Below, in pieces: positions 43,701 through 55,700 of a DNA stretch of 64,000 nt (positions are counted from its first letter, which is position 1; each line of letters starts with the position of its first letter). A program made the position numbers and the translations under genes. Source of the DNA: an uncultured Planctomycetia bacterium. GTDB taxonomy: Bacteria > Omnitrophota > Gorgyraeia > 2-02-FULL-51-18. The notes beneath the pieces were generated by a model. That model had not been told where the DNA came from and made no database searches. It saw nothing but the letters and a program-made list of their open reading frames with translations. The stretch spans positions 8,330 through 72,329 of the forward strand of contig CAYSKO010000009.1 of NCBI GenBank assembly GCA_964431835.1, read 5' to 3'.

Positions 43701-46700
43701 GCGACACCGGAGTTTACCGTCTGAACGCCGACGGCACCGTCCACTACTCGGGGGGAATGGTGGGCGGGACGTACAACCGTCCGTCCACCCTGACGCATTA
43801 CACCGCCGAGGGAAGCGGGGTCTGGAGCTTCGAGTTGTCCGCCGCCGGCCCGCCAGCCGCCGGTCAGCTGTACTTCATCGCTGCGGACACGACCACAGGC
43901 CCGACGACGGCCTCGCACCGAACGATCGCCACGCTCTACAACCTTTCGTCCGTGAACGGGAGCAGCAATTTCGCGAACTCCGACACGAATTTCCGTTACA
44001 CGTTCCAAGCCGACGGCACGGTCCTCGCGACGGACGTCCGCACCGGCCGCTCTCAGGTGGGCACGCTGAACGCCGCCGGAAACGGGGTTACGTGGAATGA
44101 GAACGCTTCGCCGCGGGCTCCCGCAGGCGGCGGTCCCATCGCGGTGACGTTGCCGGGCAACGACACCGTCACGCTGACCGGCGGCACGAGCGGCTTCCGC
44201 ATCACCGAGAACGGCACGGCGATGACGACCGAAGACATGATTTTCGCGGGTCCCGGCGGCCAGAGCCAAGTGCTCCGCCGTGGTGCCGAACTCAGCCTTT
44301 CGAACGATACAAACCACAACGTTAGCATCATCTCGGGCGTGATGGAATTCAACGGCGGCGCTTCCGCCAATCTCCCGAACGGCCACCTTCAGACCATCCA
44401 GCCTCCGACCCCGCCCGCCGAAGGGGACACGAGCAACGACCGGAATCAGGCCTCCGGCCCTACGACTAGTTCCCCCGGCCTCAACACGACTATCTCGCGC
44501 GACCCCGGCGGCCGCCTTCGCCTCACGGGCTCCATCGCGATCCAGAACAATCAATTCGTGATCACCGAAGGCCAGCGGATCAATATCAATACCACCGGCG
44601 ACTTCCGCTTCGGCGACCGGGCGATGACCCAGCAGGGCTCGTTCATGTTCGCGCGCCTCACCGAGCCCGATCCGAAGAAGCGCGAAGCGAACCCGAATCG
44701 CAACCAGCGCGCCGAGATCGTGACGCTCGGCGACTGGCAGTCGAACCAGCGCGCGCACCTGAGCCACACGTTCCCCAAGGAAGGCGCGACCGGGCTCCAG
44801 CGCCATTACAAGACTGAGGCCGAAAACGCGATCAACGATGGCAACGCCTCCCGCGCAAGCGCCGCGATGAACATGATCAGCGCCGCGGGCCAGGCCTACG
44901 CCATCCGCGAGCTTTCGGGCAGCGGCGCCCGAGAGCTTAACGACGTCGCGCAGAGCGGCACCTTCAACAACTTCGGGTACAATGACGTTCTCACCGAAAT
45001 GGACGAAGCGCAGCTTGCGCAAATCATCGGCGGCAACCGCCAGTTCGCCGCGTTTGTCGGGACTTATATGACCCTCCGCGGCATCCACCAGCAGCAGGAA
45101 GCTCACAAGGACGACGACGACGTGAAGGCCCAGCGCGCGCAGTTGGCCGCCATCGGCTTCAACCTGAGCAGCGACTACGATTGCGCCCGCTTGGCGCAGG
45201 CTCTCTCGGAGCCAGACTCCATGCTCCGCATCGAAGTGGGAGGCACGAGCCGCTACCTCCGCACCAAGGACGTCGAGGTCGGCGGCAAGAAACTCGAGAA
45301 GTGGGTCAAGGACGCTTCCAGCGACCTGCGCACGTGGTTCGACGAAAAGGCCTACGAAGAGAACGGTGGCAGCGGCAGCAAACTCACGTGGTGGGACCGC
45401 AACAAGTCGTACGTGTACATCGTGGGCGCGATCGCGCTCGCCGCCGCCACCTGCTGGATCCCGGGCGTGAACGTCGTGACGGCCTCCATCGCCGCGGGCG
45501 TCGCGTTCACGGTCGCGGTCGTGGCGCAGGTCGTCGCGAAAGGCCTCGACAATCTCCGCAAAGGCAACGGCTTCTTCACCGGGATGGCGACGGAGTGGAA
45601 TTGGAGCCCGATCGATAAGAACGGCATCCTTTTCAACGCAATCAACGCGGCCGCGCAGAGCTTCGCGCTCGCCAACGGCCTTGCGGCGCTGGGCCAGCTC
45701 GTGAATCACATCAAGTCCGCCGCCGACGTCGCAAAGAACGCGGGCCAAACGCTGACCACCGTGCAGCGCGTGGCGACCTCGGTGCAGGCCATGGGCACCG
45801 TGACCCGCGCGGTCACCTTGGGCCTTACGTTCGCCGCGGCGAACGTGGCGATGACCGTCGGTGCGCAAGCCGTCGAGAACATCCTGAGCGGGAAGGATAT
45901 CGGGCACAAGATCACGGCCGGAATGGTGTGGACCGCCGCCATTCAAGGTTTCGTCGTGGGCGTCACGGCGGGTTACGGCGCGAGAATGTACGGCGCGAAA
46001 GAGGCTTTCGCCAAGGCCACCGCGGGAATGCTCACGCGCGGCGCCATCACCAACGGCGTCATCGCGACCGCTCGCGCGGTTCAGTACGGCGTGATGTTCA
46101 CGGTGCCGTCCATGATCATGTGCGGTCTCGGCTTCCTCCTGGCCGCGGAAGTAGGCGCCGCGGCGGACGGCAAGACTCTGACCACGACCGACCGCGTCAC
46201 CGCGTTCGTCTCCGGCGCGATCGTCGGCATGATCATCAACTACGCGACCTCCCACAAGGCGACCGCGAAACTGAACGATTTCGCCAAGAACACCGGCAAG
46301 CTCGGAAGCGAATCCGGCAAAGGATTCCGGGACGGCGTCAAGTGGACCTACCAGCAGGGCTCCGCGTGGCACGTCACGAAGACATTCGGTCTGGGCGCCC
46401 TGGAGTGGGGCACGATGGTGTCGGTTCCGTTCACGATCGCCAACGGCCTCGTCGACGCGATGAAGAACGGGTTCGCCAACGGCGGTGGCATCGCGGGCGC
46501 CCTCAAGGGCATCATCGGCTGGTTCCACCCGATGACCGGCTTCACGATCCGGGGTCCGAGCGGCAAGCAGGACGATCAGGTCCGCATCGGTTCGCGCCAC
46601 GGCCTCGGCATGCTCTCGAACGCGATGACGCACGGCTTCATGGAAGGCCTCTATCTGAAGCCCATTCTCGGCGCCTTCCAGAAAGTGCACACGGCGCCCC

Positions 46701-49700
46701 CCCTCGGCGCTCCGGTTCAGGGGTGGGGCGGCTGGGCGATCGAGAAGTCGGTCCATCTCACATTCGACCAGGCGCACATGGCGTTCGAAATGGACTTCAT
46801 CAGCCGGGCGCTCGAGCTGGCCTCCCAGAAAGACGAGCACGGACACGACCGCGCCAGCACTGGTTTCAACGCTTTCACGGCGAACCTCATCATGTGGACG
46901 GTGCTCATCACGAAGCCCGAGGCGCTTTCGCGCGGCGGGTTCAAGGAATTCGCCCGCGAGATGAAAACCCACGCCGCGCAGGCCGAAGGCGTCCGCGCGA
47001 CGGGCCAGGGCAAGAACGACGGCGGGCTCAATACGAGCGTCGCGCGTCCCGAGACGATCGCCGAGACCGGCCAGCGCCTTGCCGAAAGCACGGCCGCCGA
47101 ACGCCAGACCGCCGCCGAAGAAGCTCCAAAGCATCAGCAGGCCGCTCATGAGCAGCTGAACCAGGATCTCGCCAACAACGTCCCGAAGGCGGAAGCGGTC
47201 GCCCGTTTCAATATGAACGTCGCTGAGGCGGACGCATCCAATGCCGCACGGACCCACGGCACCGGCTCCACCCAGCACTCCGAGGCGCTCACGCGGCTTT
47301 CGAACGCGCTCGCTGACGGTCAGGGCAAACTGCCGAAGGCCGAATTCGAAGCCGCCAAGCAGAATCTCACGGAACAATTGAACGAGGTCAACGCGTACCT
47401 CGCAGGCGGCACAGCGACGAACGCCGAGCTCGCGGCCGCCGCGCACCTCGCCGTCGCCGCCGCTCCGGTCGCCGGGCAGACGGCGCTCGCCACGACCGTT
47501 CTTCAGCAGATGCGGACGGCCGTCGCCGCGAACCCGGCCGAGGCCAAACAACTGGTCGACGCGTTCCGTGCGATGAATACCGCCTTCCAGACGTCCGTCT
47601 GGGACTCTGTACGCAAGTTGCTGACCGGCGAAGGGAACCCCATGACAGCGCTCCTCGCCGACGCCGCCGCGAACGTGGCCCGCACCGCCCTCGACGCGTG
47701 CAGGCCGGAGAACGTCGTCGACGCCGCTTCGGCGAAAGCCGCTTCCGAGGTGCTCAGCGCGCTGAACGGCGAAAAAGTCTTCCAGAACGCGATGAGCGAC
47801 GGGCAGAAGGCGCAGGTCCAAGCCCGCGCGCTCGAAATCGAAACGAAGGTCGGCGAGCTCATGAAGACGGAAGTCGACGTCACGAATCTCGAGATCTTGA
47901 TCGACACGATCTCCGCTCTCCAGGGCGTGAACGCCGCGGTCGGCACGGCCTCCGCCGCCACGATGCTCGAAGCCACGGGCAAGGCCCGCACGGCGGCTCT
48001 CGACAAGCTCCGCGAATCCAACCCCACGAAGGACGGTTACGACAAGGCCCTTGAAAACACCGAAAAGGCGTTCGAGCTGAGCACGAAAGCCACGGCGATC
48101 GTGACGCGCTCCACGGCGAAGACGCCCGCCGTCAAAGCCGCGCTCCAGACTAACGCCGACAGTCTGCTCAAGGATTCGGCGACGGCCCGCGAGAAGGTCA
48201 CGGCGGACTTGGAAGGCGCCATGGGCCCCTCGAAGGCCGGACTCAAGTTCATCGGCAGCATGATGAAGTTCCTTCAGGCCAACGCGAGCTTCCTGTCGGC
48301 CGCGATGCTCGAGATGAAGAACGCGGGTGTCAAGATCGACGCCGACGGCGTGAAGGCCAATCTCAAAGCGGTCGTGGCGACCGTCGAAAAGGCGCTGACT
48401 TTCGTCGCAGAGAATTTCGCCGATTTCGCGAAGTTGGGCCTGGACGGCCTGAACATGGTCGCCGACGTCATGAAGGCTTCGATGGATCTCCTGCGCCTGG
48501 CGGCCAAGGAAGGCGTCAATATCGAGGCGGCGACCGTGAAGCTCGTCGAATTGGCCGGCAAGTTCATGGCCCACATCGCGGACGCCAACATCGAGAAGCT
48601 CGTGGGCGGCGACTCCGGCAAGCTGCTGAATCTCGCGAACATCATCAACATCAACGCCCAGGCCATTAAGTTCGCCGCCGACGTCCTCGGTCCCGAGCAC
48701 GCGGCCGTTCAGGAAGCGGCGGAACACCTGGCGAACGCGATCACGAAGGTGAACACCTACATCGCCAACAACGTGAACCGCCTCATCGGAACCGACGCCG
48801 CGAAGCTCGCGGACGTGGCGAACGCCCTCACGATGAACGCGCAAAGCCTGCGCGTGGCCGCCGAGATCCTCGGTTTCGAGAACTCCGCGGTCCAGAAGGC
48901 CGCCACGACTCTCGCGGACGCCATCACGAAGGTCACGAATCACGTCACGAAGAACCTCGCGGCGATGGTCGGCGGGGACGCGAACAAGCTCGCGACCGTC
49001 GCTTCGGCCATCCTCGCCAACGCCTCGTCGCTCGGTGTCTCGGCCTCGATCCTCGGACACGGCCACGCGTCGGTCGTCGCGGCGTCCCGCGCGATCACGA
49101 ACGCCGTCCGGGCTATCACCGCACACACGAGCGCCAACTTCAACGCCCTGGTCAAGGACGCGAGGTCGCTCGAGAAAGTCACGACGGCCCTCGCCGACGC
49201 GGTCACCGCCCTCACGCGCGTCGCCACCAGCATGTCGCTCAACGCCAAGGACTACCGCAAGCTGAGCGAGGCCTCCGGCGAAGTGTTCTCGCTCATCGCG
49301 GGCAAGGTGTCCTCGGCGATCTCGACGATGGCGGACAAGGCCTCGACCGCCGCCGAGATGCGCAGCGTCGCCAACGCCCTCACGAAGGCGATCAACGCCG
49401 TGAACGTGATGGCTCAGCGCAACATGGTGGACGGCGTCGACGCCGCGAAGGTGACCGAGCGCCTGAGCAAGACGCTGGTGAAAGTGCTCGAAACGATGTC
49501 GGGCCAGAAGGCCAAGGGCAACACGCTTGCCGAGAAGATGAAGAACGCCCTCGAGAATTCCGTGAAGGGCGAAATCTGGTCGGGCCTCGAGACGGGCGCC
49601 AAAGCCGACATGCTGAAGGCCGCCCGCGCGGCTCTAGGCGGTGAAGCCGCCCGCGTGATGGGTGAAGGCGAGATCGGCGCCGCTGTCAAACAGGTCTCGG

Positions 49701-52700
49701 ATCATTACACGAAGCAGGCCGAGAGGGAGATGGCCAACGGCAAGGTCGGCGAAGCCGCCGAGTCGTACTCCGAGGCGCTCCGCGTCGATCCGATGTCGGC
49801 CACAGCCGTCGCGTCCGCGATCGTCGAAGCGGTGTCCTCGAAGGACGCGCGCGCGGTCGAGCAGCTCACCGAGAAGCTCCAGGACAACCCGACCGCGCAG
49901 AAAAACCTGCACGAAGCGCTTAACAAACTGATGGAACAACAGAACCTGCAGGTCAGCGACGCGCAGGTGGCCGAAATGGTCAAACTCGCCGAGCGCCTCG
50001 CGGTCGCGGAGCGTTCGCAGGAAACCGCCGCCGAAGCCAAGCCCGCCGAAGCGCGTCCCGAGACGGCCGAGGCGCCTCGCGTCGAGGGCGAGAAGAAGGC
50101 CGAAGGCGAGGCCGAGGCGAAGGATCCCACGCAGAAACTGAAGGACCTCGTCGACCAGAGCGGCATGCGGAAGAAGCTGACCGAAGTCCGCGACCGCCTC
50201 CAGGAAGACATCAAGAATAGCGCTGAGCAGGTGGAGCTGGTGAATAAGGCGATGGACGGCGTCATCGCCGAAGACGTCGCGTTCGTCCAAAAAGCCCTCG
50301 ACGGCATGCCGGAAGCCAAGCGCGCCGCCGCCGAGCAGGCGCTTAAGGAACAGTTGAACCTCGAAGTCGGCGAAGCTCTTCTGGGCAAGGACGGGAAACC
50401 GACGGGTGAATTCCGCGGTTCGAACCTGACCGTCCGGACCGCCGACGGCATCCTGACCCGCCTGGGCAACGCCGCGGTCACCCTCAGCGGACAGTCGAAA
50501 GCGCGCCAGGTGCGCGGCGCGGCCGTGGACGCAGCGATGGCCAAGCGAGACAAGGCTACGGCCGAGAAGAAAGCCACCGATCCTTCGACGGGCGCGAAGT
50601 GGACCGCCGAAGCGAAGGATGCTCTCACGGATCCCAAGCAGCTCGGCAAAAAATACGTCCGCATCGGCGGCGAGCTTTTCAACCGCAAGGCGGTCAGCGA
50701 AGCGGTCGCCAAAGCCGATGGACCCGCCGCGAAGAAACACGTCGAATCGCTGAAAGGCGAAAATAACAAGCAGGCCCGCGAAGACCTGAAGAGAGAGTGC
50801 GAAACCGCGACCGAAGTCGATCCGCTCGTCACGATCACCGTGGACGTCGACGGCACGCCCACGAAGGTCCGTCTCCATGCCGACGCATTGCGCGCCGAGG
50901 TCGAGTCCTACGAAAAGGACGCCGCGAAGGTACAGGAAAGCAAGGGCCAGGAAGGCACCATTCTTAATGAAGGCCGCCAGGCAAACGGTGATCCCGCCGT
51001 ACCGACCGGTAAGGGCACAAAGACCGCCGCTCCGGCCGCTCCGCGAACCACGGCCGAGGTTCCCAAGCCGGAAGCTCCGAAAGCCGCCGGAGAAGCGGGT
51101 GGTTCCGCGAAACCCGCCGCCGAGGGATCGCGTCGTCACCGCGCGAGCGCCGACCCGGCGAAGCTCGAAAAAGAAGCCGAAGGCCACCAGAAGAAGGCCG
51201 GAGAGCTCAACGAAAAAGCCGACCGTCTCGACGCGCGCGCCGACGCCCTGCGCGCCGAAGCCGAAGACGTCGCCCGCAAAGCCGAAGGCAAAGAAGGCGA
51301 AGCGGCCGCCGCCCAGAGCCAGGTCCAGCGCCTCTTGGCGAAAGCGGAAGCGCTGAGCAATAAAGCGGAAGGTCTCCGAGCCGAAGCGCGCGCCGCCCAT
51401 AATAAAGCCGAAACGCTCGAGAAAAAGGCGGCCAATCTGACGGCGGAATCCATCAATCTTCGCGCCAAGGCCGCCGAGAAACGCCGCGAGGCCCAAGATG
51501 TCGAGAAGAAACCGAAAGTCCAGGACGTTAACCAGGAGGACGCATTCCAGGACGGCGTCCACTACAACGCGGCGACCGACGGCCAGATGGGGCGCTCCGA
51601 AGTCTGCCGTTACGACCGCCGGACCGATTCCGTTTTCCGCAAGTTCGTCGCCGAAGGCAAGACCGCCTGCGACGCCGAGGCGCGACGCATCCAGCGCAAG
51701 GAAGGCCGCGAGATGACCGCCAAGGAAAAAGTCTTCTTCATGACCGAATTTGTGACCGAACGCATCGATTACGACAAGCCCGCTCTCCAGAAGATCAAGG
51801 CGAGGGCCGACGCAGCCGGCCGCGATTCCGTCGACATCGGCGAGATGATCAAAGAAGGCGTCGGTGTCTGCCGCCAGAAGGCGATGCTTGTCGGCTTCCT
51901 CCTCGCCGAAGTGGGCGTGAAAGCCAAGCTCTCCAACGGCGGCGCTCTGACCCACACGGGCGAACTCGGCGAGACCTACGGCGGCCACGCGTGGCTGACC
52001 GTCGAGGTGAACGGCAAGAAGTTCTACTTCGACCCCACGTGGGCCGAGGGCCAGAGCGCCAAAGACATGCGCCTTCTCTCGATGGATAGCGCGACCGTGC
52101 AGAAGACTTACAAAGAAGACATGACGCCGATGGTTAAGGGCGGCCGCAAACTTTTCGTGAAGGACGGCGGCGCTTCGCGCGCGGAAGCTCTACGAGCCGA
52201 GGCCACGGCCCTCGAGAGACAGGCCGATGCGAAATGGGCCGAAGCGGAAGTCGCCCGCGGGAGCGACGAAAGCTACCGCCGTGAGGCGACAGCCAAGGAA
52301 GCCGATGCCGCGCAACTGACCGGCCAGGAAGCGCCGATCAGGCGCGACGCGCAGTCCGCCTCGCGCCAAGCCAACGACGCCCGCCGGGAGGCGTCGAACC
52401 TCCGCCAGGACGCCGAAACCAAGAGCGAGAGGGCCGAGTCTTACGAAGTTCAGGGCGCCGAAGTCCGTGGCCGCGCGGCCGTCGAAGGGGCCAAGGCCAA
52501 CGAAGTCGGCGAGATGGCGCGTGAAGTCCGGAGCGAACAGGAAGACGCGGCGCGCCTGGCGACCGATCTCAGCGGGAATCTCCGCGGCGAGCGCGAAGCC
52601 GCTCCCGAGGCCGGAGAATCCGCCCGCCTCGCCGAGCCTGCCGGAGAGACCGCTTCCGCCGAAGCCCGCCGCGGCAATCTGCGCGGCCGCCAGGCCAGCG

Positions 52701-55700
52701 ATGTTTTGGGCGAGCTCGTCCGCGAAGGCGAGATCACGCCGGAACAGCGCGACGCGATCCAGACGCGCGTCGAGAAGATGCTCCGCGAAGGCAACGGCGA
52801 GATGCAGCCTTCCGCGTTCCTCGACCTCATGTCCACGATGCAGAACCAGATGAGCGCGAAGTCGTTCCGCCGCTCCTTCGACACGATGGATCAGTTCTGC
52901 GGTTCCTGCTCAATCCTCGCACACAACCAGATTGCGATGCGCGCCGCCGCCGGCGAGAACGTCGCCGCCGAAGTCCAAACGCTGAGCGCGGTCATCGAGA
53001 CGGCCCAGAGGGTCGGCGCGAAGATCGTGGATATCACGCCCGCCGAAATCCGCGACTTCGCCGCCGCCCGCGAAGTGCTCGCTTCGCGCGGCCAGGAAAT
53101 CCTTTCCACCGCGATCGAAAGCCGCATGGACGGTGAAGCCCGACGCTCCGCCGAAGCGGGGATCGCCCCGCCCGCGCTCGGAACCGTCACCGAAGGTCCC
53201 GAGATTTCCGCCGGTGAAAGCACTTCGAGTCCGAAGGTTGAAACCCGCGTCGAATCCGAAGCCAAGACCGAAACCAAGATCGAAACCGAAACGCGCACCG
53301 AGACCGAGACGCGCACTGAAGCCGAAGTTCGGACCGAAGCTGAAGTTCGCACCGAAGCGGAAGTTCGCATGGAAGCCGAAACCCGTACAGAAGCCGAGCC
53401 TACGCGGGCCTCCGCCGCGGCTCCCGAAGCCGAAGCACCCCGCGCCGAGTCCAAACGCGCGGCGACCGCCGAAGAAGCCCAGGTCCTCGAGAAGCGCGCC
53501 GAAGTCGAGGCCGCCCGCGCCGAGAAAACCGAAGCGCAGGCGAAGGTGGCCGAAAACAAGACCGCTCTCGAACAGAAGGCGGCTGAGCTCGACGGCGCCC
53601 GTGCCGCCGCCGAAACCGCCGCCGAAGCGGACAACGCGGCCGCCAAGCGTCTCTCGGAAGTCGACTCCCCCGAGCGCTTGCGGGCGGAAGTGGAACAGGG
53701 CGAGCGCACCGTCACCGAGAAGAAAGCGGAGAAGGAAGCCATCAGCCAAGAGAAGGCCCAGTGGAAAGCCCGCAACGAACTCGAAGCCGACCTCAAAAAG
53801 AGCGACGTCGTCGACAAGACGGAGGCCCGCGACATGGTGCTCGACGAAATCGCGGCGAAAGGCCCCTCGCCGGCGCGCGCCGAAGCCCTCCGGGAGGCGG
53901 AGAGCGCCCTCGAGGCGGCCAAGAATCATCCGCTCGGCGAACCGGCCGCACGCGCCGCGGCGGAAGCTTCCGCGAAGGCTTTCGACACCGCGAACATGAA
54001 GTGGCCGTCGCCCGTCAATTCCGCCACGCAGCGCGCCCGCGGGATCGCGCGGCTCGAAAAGGCCGAAACGGCCAAAGAAACGGAAATCCGGACGGCGGAA
54101 TCTGAAACACAGGCCAAGCGCGACCTTCTGGCCAGCGTCGAGGCTTCGAACGCCGGCAGCGCCCCGACCGCCGAAACGGCCAAACGCGAAACCGCGGCCC
54201 GCCGCGCCGAAACGGAAAGCGAAGTGCGGCGCCTCGAAGCGGAAGTCCAAACTTTAAGCGAACGGCAGACCGTCCTCGAGACGGAAGCCGCGCGCACCGG
54301 GGAAAACGCGGCCGCCCGTGAAGCCGAGCTGACCGTGCTGACGGTCGCCGACGCCCTCGTCGTCGAAAATCGCGCGAAAGTCGAAGCCGCCAAGACCGAA
54401 CACGCCTCCGCGAAAGAGAAGCTCGCCGAAAATAAGGCCGCGCAGGAAAAGAAATCGTCCGAGATCGAGACCGCCAAAGCGGAAGCGAAAGCCGCGCAGG
54501 AAACGCACGCCGACGCGTCTGTCCGTGCGAGCATCGCAATCAAAGAATTCCTCCGTATCCACAGCGAGCCGGCTCCCGCCGAGGGCCGCGAGACCGAGGT
54601 GCGTCGCGAGGAAATCGCCCGCATCGAAACGGAGCATACCGCCGCAAAAACCGCCAAGGAACAAGCGAACGTCCGCATGTACGAAGCGGGAGACAAAGTT
54701 TACCTTCTCGAAGCGGAGGGAACCGCCCTTAAGAAACAACAGTCCCTTCTCGAAGCGGAAGTCACGCGGACCGGCGAAACGGTGGTAGTCCACGAAGCCG
54801 CACTCGCCGAAAGCCTCCGCACGGTTGAAGCCCGCACGGCGCAGGCCGAAGCGAAGGCCGTAGAGGTCGAAGCGAAGGCCGAACAGGCAGAGGCCGTGCT
54901 CGATCTCACTGCGAAGACATCCGAAGCCCAAGCCGCCCGAGCCGAAGCGGATCAGGCCAAACAAGATCTCCGGAAGAACGGGGAAGACATCCGGAAGGCC
55001 GCGACCGTCAAGACTCAGGCCGAGTCAGCCCGGGACGCGGCCTTCTCCCGCGCCTCCAAAACGCGCCTGGCTTTCGACGCGGCTACCGCTCAGGTAGAAG
55101 CCCGCCGCACGTCGCTCGCCGAAGCTGAAAGCCAGCTCGCCGTCGAGACGACTCGTGCCGAAGGGGATTCCCGGACGCGCGCCGACATTCAACAAAGTAA
55201 AGCGGGGAACGCGGCCGAAACCACCAAGGCCGAGGGCCAGCTGGCTACCGCGAAGGAAAGTGCCACCGCGACCCACGCTCCCGAGGCGGAAGCCGGCAAG
55301 CGGTTCGAAGAAGCGTCGCGCGTCGCGGAAATCAAGAGCGCCGAACTTTCGACCGCCGAAACCACCGCCTCGCAGAAAAAGAGTGAACTCGCCACTCTGG
55401 TCGAGAAATGGAACGAGCTCGCCAAGCGCGCCACCGAGGGAGATCTCGCCGCGAAGGACGCCGAGTCGATTGGCCTGGACGTCCAGATCGCGGAAAAGCG
55501 AGCCGAAGTTCAGCACGCGGAGACGATCGCGCAGACCGCCCGTGAAGCGTCCGTCGTCGCCGAGACGGCCAAGACGGCCGCCGCCGAAGCGCTCAACGAC
55601 GCGATGATCGAGCGGGGCAACGCCGATCTCGAAGTGGCCGAGCTTAGCGCGCGCGTCGACTTCCTGCGCCGCGAAGGTGAGTATCTCAAGATACAGGAAA

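Noticed and set aside
44350-45400. Possible RHS C-terminal toxin or cleavage module after the YD-like motifs
   Set aside because: I could not find the conserved RHS core-terminating DPxGL...DPxG motif or a recognisable toxin domain. The segment leads directly into the TM block, so it is left unassigned.
41699-49126. 2,475-aa ORF on the - strand
   Set aside because: It is antisense to the phase-2 + strand ORF, which carries the TM block and clear motifs here. Its translation is Arg/Gly/Asp/Val-rich low-complexity sequence typical of antisense GC-rich coding DNA. A true gene cannot fully overlap 7.4 kb of another in antisense.
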